This document shows positions 28,796-38,445 of a DNA stretch of 64,000 nucleotides, piece after piece. Every line of letters begins with the position of its first letter. Positions within the stretch are counted from its first letter, which is position 1. The notes below the pieces were generated by a model. It was not told the origin of the DNA. It saw only the letters and a list, made by a program, of their open reading frames with translations, and ran no database searches. The position numbers were made by a program, and so were the translations under genes. Where the stretch lies: the NCBI GenBank assembly GCA_963809845.1, contig CAWELO010000002.1, positions 198,638-262,637 on the forward strand, read 5' to 3'. The DNA is from an uncultured Verrucomicrobiae bacterium. GTDB taxonomy: Bacteria > Verrucomicrobiota > Verrucomicrobiia > Limisphaerales > UBA8199.

Positions 28796-31700
28796 TTAGG
28801 TGGAATGGGGTAATCCGGCGCCGGGCGTCGCGGCGGTCGCGCCGGATTTGCGATGTTCCACGGTGCGCCGGATGACGACGTAAAACACCGGGGTGAGGAT
28901 CACGCCGAAGAAGGTGACGCCCAGCATGCCGAAGAAGACCGCGGTGCCGATCGAGACCCGCATCTCGGCGCCGGCGCCGTGGGACAGCATCAGGGGTATG
29001 ACGCCGAAGGTGAAGGCGAAGGAGGTCATCAGGATGGGGCGCAGGCGCAGGCGCGAGGCCTCGGTGGCCGCCTCGATCCGGTTGCGGCCGGCGTCCTGCA
29101 GTTGCTTGGCGAACTCGACAATCAGGATGGCGTTTTTGCACGCCAGGCCCATGAGCACCACCAGGCCGATCTGCGTGAAGAGGTTGTTATCCAACCCGCG
29201 CAGCCAAACCCCGAGGATGGCGAAGAGCAGGCACATCGGGACGATCAGAACGATGGCCAGTGGCAGCGACCAGCTTTCATATTGCGCCGCCAGGACCAGG
29301 AACATCATCAGCACGCACAGCGGGAAGATGTAAATCGCCGTGTTCCCCGCCAGGATTTGCAGCAGGTTCAACTCCGTCCACTCGATGGCCATGCTGTTGG
29401 GCAGGACCTTGCGCGCGAGTTCCTCCATCACGCGGATCGCGTCGCTGGTGCTGACGCCCGGCGCCGTGCTGCCGGTGACTTCCGCCGTGGGAAAGAGATT
29501 ATAGTGCCCGACCAGCACCGGGGCATTGATGTCCTTCACTTTGACCAAAGTTCCCAGCGGCACCATTTCCCCCTTGGCGTTGCGCGTTTTCAGGTTCTTC
29601 ACGTCCTCCGGCCGGGCGCGGAACGGGGCGTCCGCCTGCGCGGTGACATGGTAGGGCCGCCCATAAAGGGTGAAATCGTTAATATAGAGCGAGCCCAAAT
29701 AGACCGACAAGGTATCCCAGACCTGATCGAGTGGGACCTGCATGGATTCGGCTTTGGCACGGTCCACGTCCAGGAAGATCTGTGGCACCCCGGCGCGAAA
29801 GGTCGAGAGCGCTCCGGCGACCCTGGGGTCCTGGTTGGCGGCGGCCGCAAGTTGATAGGTGGCCGCCTGCAAGGCCGCATAGCCGGAAGCGCCGCGATCT
29901 TCGACTTGCAGTTTGAAGCCGCCGAGAATCCCCAATCCATCCACCGGCGGCATGCCGAACACGCCGACAAACGCCTCCTGGATATTCGCCGCGGCCAGTT
30001 TCTTCTTGAGGCGGGTGATAATGACGTCGGCGGTCAGACCGTCCTTGACGCGTTCCTCGAAGGGACTCAGCCGGACGAACATGCTCGAAGCGTTGGCGCT
30101 GTTGCCCAAGGAGACAAGGGACAGCCCGGCAAACTCGGACACGGCGGCGATCCCGGGACTCTCCTTGACGAGCTTCAGAACGCGCTCACTCACCCGTTCG
30201 GTGCGTTGCAACGAAGCGCCATCGGGAAGCTGGATGTAGCAGAAGATGCTGCCTTTGTCCTGGGTGGGAATGAAGCCCGTAGGCACCTGGCGAAACCCGA
30301 ACCAGGTCAGCCCCAAAAGACCGGCGTAAACCGCCAGGCTGATGCCGCAATGGCGCACCACCCGGCCCAGGGCCCGGGCGTAGGTGGCTCGCCCGCCTTC
30401 AAAGAGGCGGTTAAACCCGCGGAAGAGCCAGCCCACCGAGCCGTCGAGCACCCGGCTGATCACGTCCTTGGGCGCATGGTGGGGCTGCAAGAGCAGGGCG
30501 GTTAGCGCCGGGCTGAGCGTGAGCGAATTGAACGCCGAAATCAGCGTCGAAACCGCAATGGTCAGCGCAAACTGCTGGTAGAAGCGACCGGTGATCCCGC
30601 TGATGAACGCCGTCGGAATAAAGACGGCGCTCAGCACCAGCGCGATGGCCACCACCGCGCCGCTGACCTCGTCCATGGCCTTGAACGTGGCGTCCACCGG
30701 TGACAAGCCCTCCGCGATATGGCGCTCCACGTTTTCCACCACCACGATCGCGTCATCGACCACGATGCCGATCGACAGCACCAGGCCGAAGAGGGAGAGG
30801 TTGTTCAACGAAAACCCGAAGGCCGACATGGCGGCGAAGGTCCCGATCAGGCTGACCGGCACCGAAATCAACGGGATGAGCGAGGCGCGCCAGTTTTGCA
30901 GAAAGAGCACGACCACGAAGACCACCAGGAGCATCGCTTCAATCAGCGTGTGAATCACGGCGCGGATCGACTCGCGAATGAATGCCGAGGTGTCGTAGGC
31001 GATGCGATAGTCCAGGCCGTCGGGAAAGTGCGTCTTCAGCTCTTTCATCGCCGCTTCGATGGCGTTGGCGGTTTCGATGGCGTTGGAGCCGGGCTGCTGG
31101 AACAGCGCGATGGCCCCCGCCGGCTGGCCGTCGAGTTTGCTATCGATGCTGTAGTCGCTGGCGGCCAGCTCGATGCGCGCCACGTCCTTCAAACGCGTGA
31201 TCTGGCCCGCGCTTTCCGCCTTCAACACGATGTCCTCGAATTCCTCGGGGGTCACCAGCCGGCCCTTGGTGCGCACTGCCAGTTGGAACAGGTTGCCGGG
31301 GGGTTGCGGCGCCTGGCCGAACAGCCCGGCGGCCACCTCCACATTTTGCCGGCGAATGGCCGAGACGATGTCGCTGGCGGTGAGGTTGCGCGCGGAGGCC
31401 TTGTTGGGATCAATCCAGATCCGCATGCAGTAATCGCGCGCGCCAAAAATGATCGAATCGCCCACACCCGGCAAGCGCGCCAGGACGTCCCGGACGTGCA
31501 GGTACGCGTAGTTGCTGAGGTAAACCGGGTCGTATTTTCCCGAGGGCGAAACCAGGCTCACCAGCATGGCGATGGTGGGCGAGCGTTTCCGCGTGATCAC
31601 GCCCAGGGTGCGCACTTCCTCGGGCAGGCGCGGCAGCGCCCCATCAACGCGGTTTTGCACCAGCACCTGCGCCGTGTTGGGATCGGTCCCCACGTTGAAC

Positions 31701-31984
31701 GTGATCGAGAGCCGCATCGAGCCGTCACTGCTGCACTGCGCCGACATGTAGAGCATGTTCTCGACGCCGTTGATTTGCTCTTCGAGAGGGGTCGCGACCG
31801 TGTCTGCGACCGTTTCCGCATTGGCGCCGGGGTAGGTCGCCTGGACGAAGATGGTCGGGGGCGTGATTTCCGGGTATTGCGCCACCGGCAGAGTAAACAA
31901 GGCAATGACACCCAGCAGCACGATGAAGATGGACAACACCGCGGCGAAGATCGGACGGCGGATAAAGAAGTGAGAGAATTTCAC
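28796..31984 (-). CDS. RND multidrug efflux permease (HAE1, AcrB/MexB-like)
   Basis: Intact 1062-aa ORF with MKFSHFFIRRPIFAAVLSI at the N-terminus and a 12-TM AcrB architecture. Confidence 0.95.
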   Translation of the reverse strand: MKFSHFFIRRPIFAAVLSIFIVLLGVIALFTLPVAQYPEITPPTIFVQATYPGANAETVADTVATPLEEQINGVENMLYMSAQCSSDGSMRLSITFNVGTDPNTAQVLVQNRVDGALPRLPEEVRTLGVITRKRSPTIAMLVSLVSPSGKYDPVYLSNYAYLHVRDVLARLPGVGDSIIFGARDYCMRIWIDPNKASARNLTASDIVSAIRRQNVEVAAGLFGQAPQPPGNLFQLAVRTKGRLVTPEEFEDIVLKAESAGQITRLKDVARIELAASDYSIDSKLDGQPAGAIALFQQPGSNAIETANAIEAAMKELKTHFPDGLDYRIAYDTSAFIRESIRAVIHTLIEAMLLVVFVVVLFLQNWRASLIPLISVPVSLIGTFAAMSAFGFSLNNLSLFGLVLSIGIVVDDAIVVVENVERHIAEGLSPVDATFKAMDEVSGAVVAIALVLSAVFIPTAFISGITGRFYQQFALTIAVSTLISAFNSLTLSPALTALLLQPHHAPKDVISRVLDGSVGWLFRGFNRLFEGGRATYARALGRVVRHCGISLAVYAGLLGLTWFGFRQVPTGFIPTQDKGSIFCYIQLPDGASLQRTERVSERVLKLVKESPGIAAVSEFAGLSLVSLGNSANASSMFVRLSPFEERVKDGLTADVIITRLKKKLAAANIQEAFVGVFGMPPVDGLGILGGFKLQVEDRGASGYAALQAATYQLAAAANQDPRVAGALSTFRAGVPQIFLDVDRAKAESMQVPLDQVWDTLSVYLGSLYINDFTLYGRPYHVTAQADAPFRARPEDVKNLKTRNAKGEMVPLGTLVKVKDINAPVLVGHYNLFPTAEVTGSTAPGVSTSDAIRVMEELARKVLPNSMAIEWTELNLLQILAGNTAIYIFPLCVLMMFLVLAAQYESWSLPLAIVLIVPMCLLFAILGVWLRGLDNNLFTQIGLVVLMGLACKNAILIVEFAKQLQDAGRNRIEAATEASRLRLRPILMTSFAFTFGVIPLMLSHGAGAEMRVSIGTAVFFGMLGVTFFGVILTPVFYVVIRRTVEHRKSGATAATPGAGLPHST

Positions 31985-32024
31985 GGGGGTATTCCGGGGG
32001 GTGAAAAAGCGGGAGAGCCGGTAC

Positions 32025-33286
32025 CTACGGTTTGGCCCCCGGCGGCTTGACGTCCTGGGCGGCGGCTTGGGACGGTTGGATGTCCACCTTGATCCCCGGG
32101 CGGAGCATCACCAACCCGTTGACGATCACCTGGTCGTCGGTCGTTAACCCTTTGCTGACCGTGGCGCATGCTGCCGTGCGCCCGGCCGGTCTGGGATCGA
32201 ACGCGCTTCCGCTTTGCCCTCCGGGTTGACCACATAAACGTACTTGTAACCTTGATCGGAAAGCACGGCCACGTCCGGTATCACCAGCGCTTGTTCCGGC
32301 GGCCCGTCCAGGACGCGCACCTTGGCAAACATTCCGGGCACGAGCAACCGTTGCGGATTGGAAAAGACCGCGCGCAGCCGAATCGTTCCAGTCTGGGGAT
32401 CCACCTGGTTATCGAAAAAATCCAATTTGCCCGCGTGCCCGAAGCCATCCTCGTTGACCAATCCCAACTCACAAAGCGGCGCGGCGAATTGCACCTCCGC
32501 CACCTGCGGATTGGGCGTGCTCGCCCGGTATTTCAAAAACGCCCCTTCCTCGACGTCGAAATAGCAATAAATCGGGTCTTGCGAAACGATCGTGGCCAGG
32601 ACGGTGGCGCTGCCGTTATTGCCTTGCAGTTGGACCAGGTTGCCCGTGGTGACTAATCTCCGGCCGATCTTACCGCTGATGGGCGCGACCACCCGCGTGT
32701 AATCCAGGTTCAGCCGGGCCACATCCTCCGCTGCCTGCGCGGCCGCCAGCGCCGCTTCCGCTTGCCGCACCGCCTTGCTCCGGCTGTCATATTCCTCCTC
32801 GGAAATGGCCTTGGTGCCCCGCAATCCCTCGGCCCGCTGCAGGTCGTTCTTTGCCAATTCCAGCCGCGTTTCCGTTTCGCGACGCTGAGCCGCCACCCGG
32901 TTTAACTCCGCCTGGTACGGCTTGGGATCGATGACGAACAATAGATCCCCCGCCTTCACCTCCGCGCCGTCCTGGAAATGAATCGATTCCAGGTAACCCG
33001 ACACGCGCGGGCGCACCTCGACCATCTCGACGGCTTCGAGGTGGCCGGGGTATTCGTCCCAATTGGTCACCGTCGCGGTCTGCGGATGGCTCACCGTGAC
33101 CTTCGGGGCGGGAGGCGCGACCGCTTTTGGCGGCGAACACGCGGCCAGCAGCGTCAGAGCCAGGGCTGAGCAAACGCCAAGGCGGAGAACAGATTTCATG
33201 GAGGCCGGGAGTGGGGCGATCGAATCGGAAGCCGGCGCGGCGGCTTCGGGCGCCGTGTCCGAGCGGTGGTGTGTCGAGATGGGCAT
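32025..33286 (-). pseudogene. RND efflux periplasmic adaptor (membrane fusion protein), about 2 frame changes near the 3' end
   Basis: Track ORF 32144..33286 carries HlyD-like lipoyl, hairpin and barrel regions. The expected C-terminus (VSKGLTTDDQVIVNGLVMLRPGIKVDI..PGAKP*) is in another frame and ends at 32025-32027. Confidence 0.85.
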
Positions 33287-33422
33287 GGCTACTAAACGTT
33301 CGTTTTAAACGAGCGTTTAATTCTTGACCAACCCCGCCCTGGCGTCAAGCCGCCAAAACTAATTTGCCCAAATTCCTGCACCCTGCATCTCCGGATCGCC
33401 GCACCCGGCGGAAGAAACGAGA

Positions 33423-35765
33423 TTACGGATGGAATGGGCGTTGTTGCCGGTACAATTGGATCCGGGCCTCGGCGGCTTGGGCGGCGTTGGTTTGGCCCGC
33501 GGCCGCCGCCAGGTCTCGCGCCTTGGTGGCGGCGGCAATGGCATCCGAAAAGCGGCCCACCTCGGCGTAGGCAATGTCCAAGGTTCCCCAATAGCGCGGC
33601 TGTTTGTCGCCGCTCAGCCGGCAGGCGCGTTCGGCCAGCGATACGGCTTCGGGGCCGTTGCGCAAGCTGGTTTGGGGATGCGTGGCCAGCACCAGTGCCA
33701 GTGCGTTCAATGGCTCCGGCCAGTTCGGATTCAGTTTCACCGCTTGCCGAAACTGGGCGGTGGCCTGGCCCAACTCGCCTTGTTCGACAAGGATCAGGCC
33801 GAGTTTCTGGTGTGCCTCGGCATTGGTCGGCGCCACGCGGACGAGGTCCCGCAGGCAATCGGCGGCGGGAGCCAGGCGCCGTTCCCGGATCAAGGTGTCG
33901 GCGAGGCAGCCCAGGGCTTCGGCGTCACCCGGCCGGAGCCGGCAGACCGCGGTGAATTCGGCGGCGGCTTCAGGAAGTTGGCCACGGTCGAACAACGCCA
34001 GGCCGAGGTTGAAGTGCGCGTCGGGGAAGTCCGGATCGGATCGCAACGCCGCGGCATATTGCGCCAGGGCCGCTTCCTGGTTTCCCGCCGCCCAGAGCCT
34101 GGCCCCGAGGTGATTGTGGATCTGCGCCGTCCAGGGGCTGGCGTTAAACGCCTGCTCGTAAAGCTCCCGGGCCTCCTGCTCCTTGCCCTGGTCTTCGAGG
34201 ATGGCGCCGATTTCCGAGTAGGCGGGGGCGAATGCAGGATCGTCCTTGATGGTCGCGCGGAATTGCTCCATGGCCTGGGCGGTTTGGCCCTGGTCACGCA
34301 AGGCGATCCCGACGTGGTAGTGGGCCAGGGCGTTGCGCGGATCGATCTTCAGCGCGTGGCTAAACACGGTGAAGTCATTGCGCCAGTATTCCGCCTGGGC
34401 ATGCGTGCGCGCGGCGCACGCGGCCAGGCAGAGTGCTCCACCAGTGGCGGCGGCAATCTGAACGGTTCTCCTCCCGCATGTCCACTCACCCACGCCCCAT
34501 ACGACCGCGATGGCAATGCCGATCAGCGGGATGTAAGTATAGCGGTCCGCCATGGCCTGGCCGCCTACCTGGACAATCCCGATCACCGGGACGAGCGTTC
34601 CCACATACCAGAACCAACCCGTCGCCAGCCACGGCGCGCGCCGGGCGCCCCAGGCGGCCAGCACACTCACCAGGATCAGCGCCACGGCCGCGACGCCAAG
34701 GATCGTGCCCGGCCACAAGGCCAGCCCCTGGGAGCCGTCTTGGGGAAATGGGTAGAATATGGACAAATCCCTCGGCCATACCGCCAGGCCCAGATAGCGC
34801 CAATACGAGGCCACCGCATTCGCCAATCGCAGGTCCAAGGGTGAATCCAGGTACATCGCCCGGTGACTGGCCTGTACCACGAAGGTCACCGCGCTCGAAA
34901 TCATCGCCAGACCGAAAAAGGGCAGCTTCTCCCGGACCAGACCTTTGAGAGCGGAATTCCAAGCTGGGCTGGGGTTTGAACCTTGAGCACCGGAGTTCGG
35001 GAACCCTTGGCCCTGGACTGCGCCCAGCCTCCCCAGCGGCCAGAAATCCAGCAGCAACAGCACAAACGGGGCGGTCACCACCATCGCTTTGCTCATCAGG
35101 GCCAGCGCGAAAAAAACCAGCGTCAGCCGGTAATAGGTCCGGGCCGCAAACCGGTAGCGCGGTGTCTCCGCAGCCTGCGCCGCGGGGACCGGTTCCCGCG
35201 GGGATGGGCTTGTGGGTTCGTCCCTATCGGACGGTTCGGGCTCAACGACCGGCGTCCCGCCGCCCTTAGACTTCACATAAGCGGCGTACATCAAGAGCAT
35301 GAGCAGGAAAAAGAAGGTGCACAGCACATCTTTGCGTTCCGCAGCCCAGGCAACCGATTCGACCCGCAACGGGTGCAAGGCAAAAAATGCGGCGACAAAG
35401 AAGCTTCGCCAGGGCGCCAGGGTCAGCCGTTTGAGCAACAGCATCAGCAGCAGGGCGTTGCCCGTATGGAGCAACAGGCTCACCAGGTGATGCCATGCGG
35501 GGGTCAGCCCGAAGAGTTCCACGTCGAGCATGTGCGAGAGCCAGGTGACGGGATGCCAGTTGCCCTGGTAACCGGTTTGAAAGGCCCAACGGATGCTCTC
35601 CCAGGATAGCCCCCCCGCGACCCGCGGGTTGTGGACCAGGTAAAAGCCGTCGTCCAGCTTGATAAAACCGTTGTGAAGCACCGGCCAAAAGCTGGCTAAA
35701 GTCGCCACCACAAGCAGCGCGCAAAGCGGAATGGCGGGCCGCGGCCCGCGGGTGCGGTTCATCAA
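33423..35765 (-). CDS. TMTC-like membrane protein: polytopic PMT_2/DUF1736-like N-terminus + C-terminal TPR array
   Basis: 780-aa ORF with FIKLDDGFYLVHNPRV and WHPVTWLSHMLD motifs, multiple TM helices, then at least 8 TPR units (AHYHVGIAL.., AYSEIGAIL.., AHFNLGLAL.., AHQKLGLIL..). Confidence 0.8.
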   Translation of the reverse strand: MMNRTRGPRPAIPLCALLVVATLASFWPVLHNGFIKLDDGFYLVHNPRVAGGLSWESIRWAFQTGYQGNWHPVTWLSHMLDVELFGLTPAWHHLVSLLLHTGNALLLMLLLKRLTLAPWRSFFVAAFFALHPLRVESVAWAAERKDVLCTFFFLLMLLMYAAYVKSKGGGTPVVEPEPSDRDEPTSPSPREPVPAAQAAETPRYRFAARTYYRLTLVFFALALMSKAMVVTAPFVLLLLDFWPLGRLGAVQGQGFPNSGAQGSNPSPAWNSALKGLVREKLPFFGLAMISSAVTFVVQASHRAMYLDSPLDLRLANAVASYWRYLGLAVWPRDLSIFYPFPQDGSQGLALWPGTILGVAAVALILVSVLAAWGARRAPWLATGWFWYVGTLVPVIGIVQVGGQAMADRYTYIPLIGIAIAVVWGVGEWTCGRRTVQIAAATGGALCLAACAARTHAQAEYWRNDFTVFSHALKIDPRNALAHYHVGIALRDQGQTAQAMEQFRATIKDDPAFAPAYSEIGAILEDQGKEQEARELYEQAFNASPWTAQIHNHLGARLWAAGNQEAALAQYAAALRSDPDFPDAHFNLGLALFDRGQLPEAAAEFTAVCRLRPGDAEALGCLADTLIRERRLAPAADCLRDLVRVAPTNAEAHQKLGLILVEQGELGQATAQFRQAVKLNPNWPEPLNALALVLATHPQTSLRNGPEAVSLAERACRLSGDKQPRYWGTLDIAYAEVGRFSDAIAAATKARDLAAAAGQTNAAQAAEARIQLYRQQRPFHP

Positions 35766-35853
35766 GAATACAGATTTTTACTCAGCGGCGGGTCCAGTTC
35801 AATCACAAAGCCGCTTGCTTTGGCCCCGGGTTTCAGCGCATGGTGGTAGCGCA

Positions 35854-36108
35854 ATGCCTTTGCCCGGTGAACCAGTAACGTTGACGGTTGCGCAGATCGA
35901 GGACATCAATCGCAAATTGTCCGACATGCGCCACGATATTAACAATCACCTGTCCCTGATCGTGGCCGCGGTCGAGCTCATCCGCCACAAGCCGCAGATG
36001 ACCGAGCGGATGGTGGCAACCCTCTCCGAACAGCCCGCCCGCATCACCGAATCCGTGCGCAAGTTCTCCCAGGAATTTGAGCAGGCTCTCCATATCACCC
36101 GGCCTTGA
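35854..36108 (+). CDS. Small hypothetical protein with H-box-like motif
   Basis: About 84 aa from MPLPGEPV. DMRHDINNHLSLIVAAVELI resembles a HisKA dimerisation/phospho-acceptor helix, but no ATPase domain is present. Confidence 0.4.
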   Translation: MPLPGEPVTLTVAQIEDINRKLSDMRHDINNHLSLIVAAVELIRHKPQMTERMVATLSEQPARITESVRKFSQEFEQALHITRP

Positions 36109-36183
36109 GCCCGGGTTCGCGCCGCCGGGGCTGCAATGGATGAGTGACAATTGAGGTTCGCCCGATTATCTTCCTGACGCTGA

Positions 36184-36447
36184 TTGCTAATAATGAAAAG
36201 CAAACAACGACAGGTCCTCGAGCTCGAGGCCGAACTGCTGCGGCTCAATTCGCTCGTCCGGCAAAGGCGCAAGCAACTCGCCTTTCTCGAGAAATGCCCG
36301 AATAAGGATTGCGAGTGCCGCCGCGTCTGGCGCGAGGTGGTCGAAGAGAATCTCGCTCAGCAAATGGGCAAAGTCCGCCGCCAGGTCCGCCCCCGCACCG
36401 CGCGCAAGGCCCCCAAGCCCAAAGCCAAGTCCAAAGCGGGCAAATAG
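36184..36447 (+). CDS. Small coiled-coil / basic-tail hypothetical protein
   Basis: 87-aa ORF with a heptad-like N-terminus, CPNKDCEC, and a Lys/Arg/Pro-rich tail (RPRTARKAPKPKAKSKAGK). Confidence 0.4.
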   Translation: MLIMKSKQRQVLELEAELLRLNSLVRQRRKQLAFLEKCPNKDCECRRVWREVVEENLAQQMGKVRRQVRPRTARKAPKPKAKSKAGK

Positions 36448-36558
36448 GTCTTCCTCTCAGGCGGTTCCGGATGGTATCGTCAAGCCAGAACAGCGGACCC
36501 GGAGGGTGAACGGAGAACCTGCCCCGTCGGCCCCGCCGTCCTCAATCGACATTGCATC

Positions 36559-37784
36559 ATGAAGACCAGTTTTGACCGCAGCTTCTTACTCCGTCCCTTC
36601 CTGTCGTTTGCCGTCCTGGCGGCCTTGGCGGCGATGATCGGCTCCCCCGCCGGCGCAGCTCCCACCTATGCGATCACGGACCTGGGCACGGTCGATGGAG
36701 CGGCTATGAATAACGGCGGCGCGGTTGTCGGAACGTCTTATGGCCTCGACGGATTGCAGCACCCCTTTCTGTATAGCGGCGGTACGACGACCCCCTGGCA
36801 ACCCTGGGCGGGTTGGAGGGAGGCGCCCTGGGCATCAACAACGCCGGGCAGATCGTGGGGTGGTCTGATACCACGAACGGGAACCAGCACGCGTTCCTCT
36901 TCAGCGCGGGAACCACGACCGATCTTGGGACGCTGGGCGGCTCGAACAGCTATGCTTACGCGATTAGCGACGATGGCGCGATTGCCGGCTGGTCCGAAAC
37001 CACGTCGGGGGTGGCGCATGCCTTTCTTTATCGCGCGGGTGCGATGGCCGACCTGGGCGCGGGCTACGCGTCGGGCGTCAATACCAACGGACAGGCTACC
37101 GGGTGGTCGTTTATCAACTCGCTGTCCTGGCACGCCTTTCTTTACAGCGGCGCGACGAACAAGGACCTGGGCACTTTGGGCGGGGCGGTCAGCGAGGGGT
37201 TGGCGATCAACCATGCCGGACAGGTGGCCGGGTGGTCCGACACCACCAACGGCACGCAACATGCCTTCCTTTACAGCGGGGGCGCTCTGGCGGATTTAGG
37301 CGCACTGGGCGGCACGAACAGTCGTGCCGCGGCTATCAACGCCGGTGGAGCGGTGGTTGGTTCGTTTGACACCAACGACCTGGGCGGACTTCACGCCTTC
37401 ATCTATGCCAATGGAACCATGAGCGATCTGAACGGACTGATCGACTCGAATGCGGGCTGGGTTTTGGGCGCGCCGGCGGCGATCAATGACCAGGGCTGGC
37501 TCCTGGTCAGTGCCATTCGCCAGGGCGATCTGTTCCACACCCTCCTGCTCACTCCGGCCAGCCAAGCCAACTCCCCGCTGCTTTCCATCAACCTCATCGG
37601 CACTAGCCTGGTCGTTTCCTGGCCGGCCAGCGTCACCGGTTTCCGGCTGTTCCAAAACACCAACCCCGGCGCCCCCAACTGGACGGTTGTGACCTCCCCT
37701 ACCGTTGTCACCAACGGCCTGAACGAAGTGATCTTCTCCCCCATCCCCACCGACACCCGGTTCTTCCGCCTCCAATCACCATGA
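36559..37784 (+). pseudogene. HAF-repeat extracellular protein (TIGR02913-like), one frame change
   Basis: Signal peptide, then repeats N.AGQIVGWS....HAFL[FY]S.G...DLGTLGG. Frame change near 36790 joins track ORFs 36559..37299 and 36813..37784. Carries the shared C-terminal module ..TRFFRLQSP*. Confidence 0.75.
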
Positions 37785-37839
37785 ACGACCGACAGGGCGG
37801 GAGCAATCCGTCATTTGCCGGACTACCGGGCCCAAGCGC

Positions 37840-38262
37840 CTAGCGGCCAGTGATCAGAGTGCTCTCTTGCTCGGGCGCACTGATCGGTTCCTGGTAACTA
37901 TGGTTTCTTCCGTTCACGTGCCGGACGAGGGGCGTTGGCCGGACACGCCAAGCGGAGGAGCCGTTGGCCGGAGCTTTGGTCCCAAAGGCAGTCGGCTCCA
38001 TCCTGACCCGCCGCCACGAACTCATCGCCGTTGGGAACGGACGACACGCCCCCACCTCGCCTCGATGGCCCGCCCAGTGCCGCGCCAACTGCTTCGAACG
38101 GGTCTCTTGCACGCGGATTGTGCCATCGTCGGTGCCAGACTCCGTGAGTCGCATCACCCGCGGAATACGCGAACCATTTTCCTCCCTATTCCGTGCCTTG
38201 CGATCGTTCCCCACGTGGCCGCTGTGTCGTGATTGCCCTCCACCGCGGATTTCTTCATTCAA
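37840..38262 (-). pseudogene. Possible WD40-repeat gene remnant
   Basis: Minus-strand fragments SGTDDGTIRVQETRSKQLARHWAGHRGEVGAC and, one frame over, VPNGDEFVAAGQDGADCLWDQSSGQRLLRL resemble consecutive WD40 units. There is no intact start or long frame. Confidence 0.3.
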
Positions 38263-38445
38263 GCTCCGCCCTTGTTTTATTGGCCTTTGTGACCCCGACG
38301 TCTCAACACACGTTCACCCAATGCCACTCGAGGAGGAACACGGTGGCATTTGCTGCTTGACACTAACCTAGAATTCCTTATCATCTCCCTTACAAGATGA
38401 AGGAGAGCACATGAAGCCCTCACTAACGCGAAAGGAACCCTCCCG

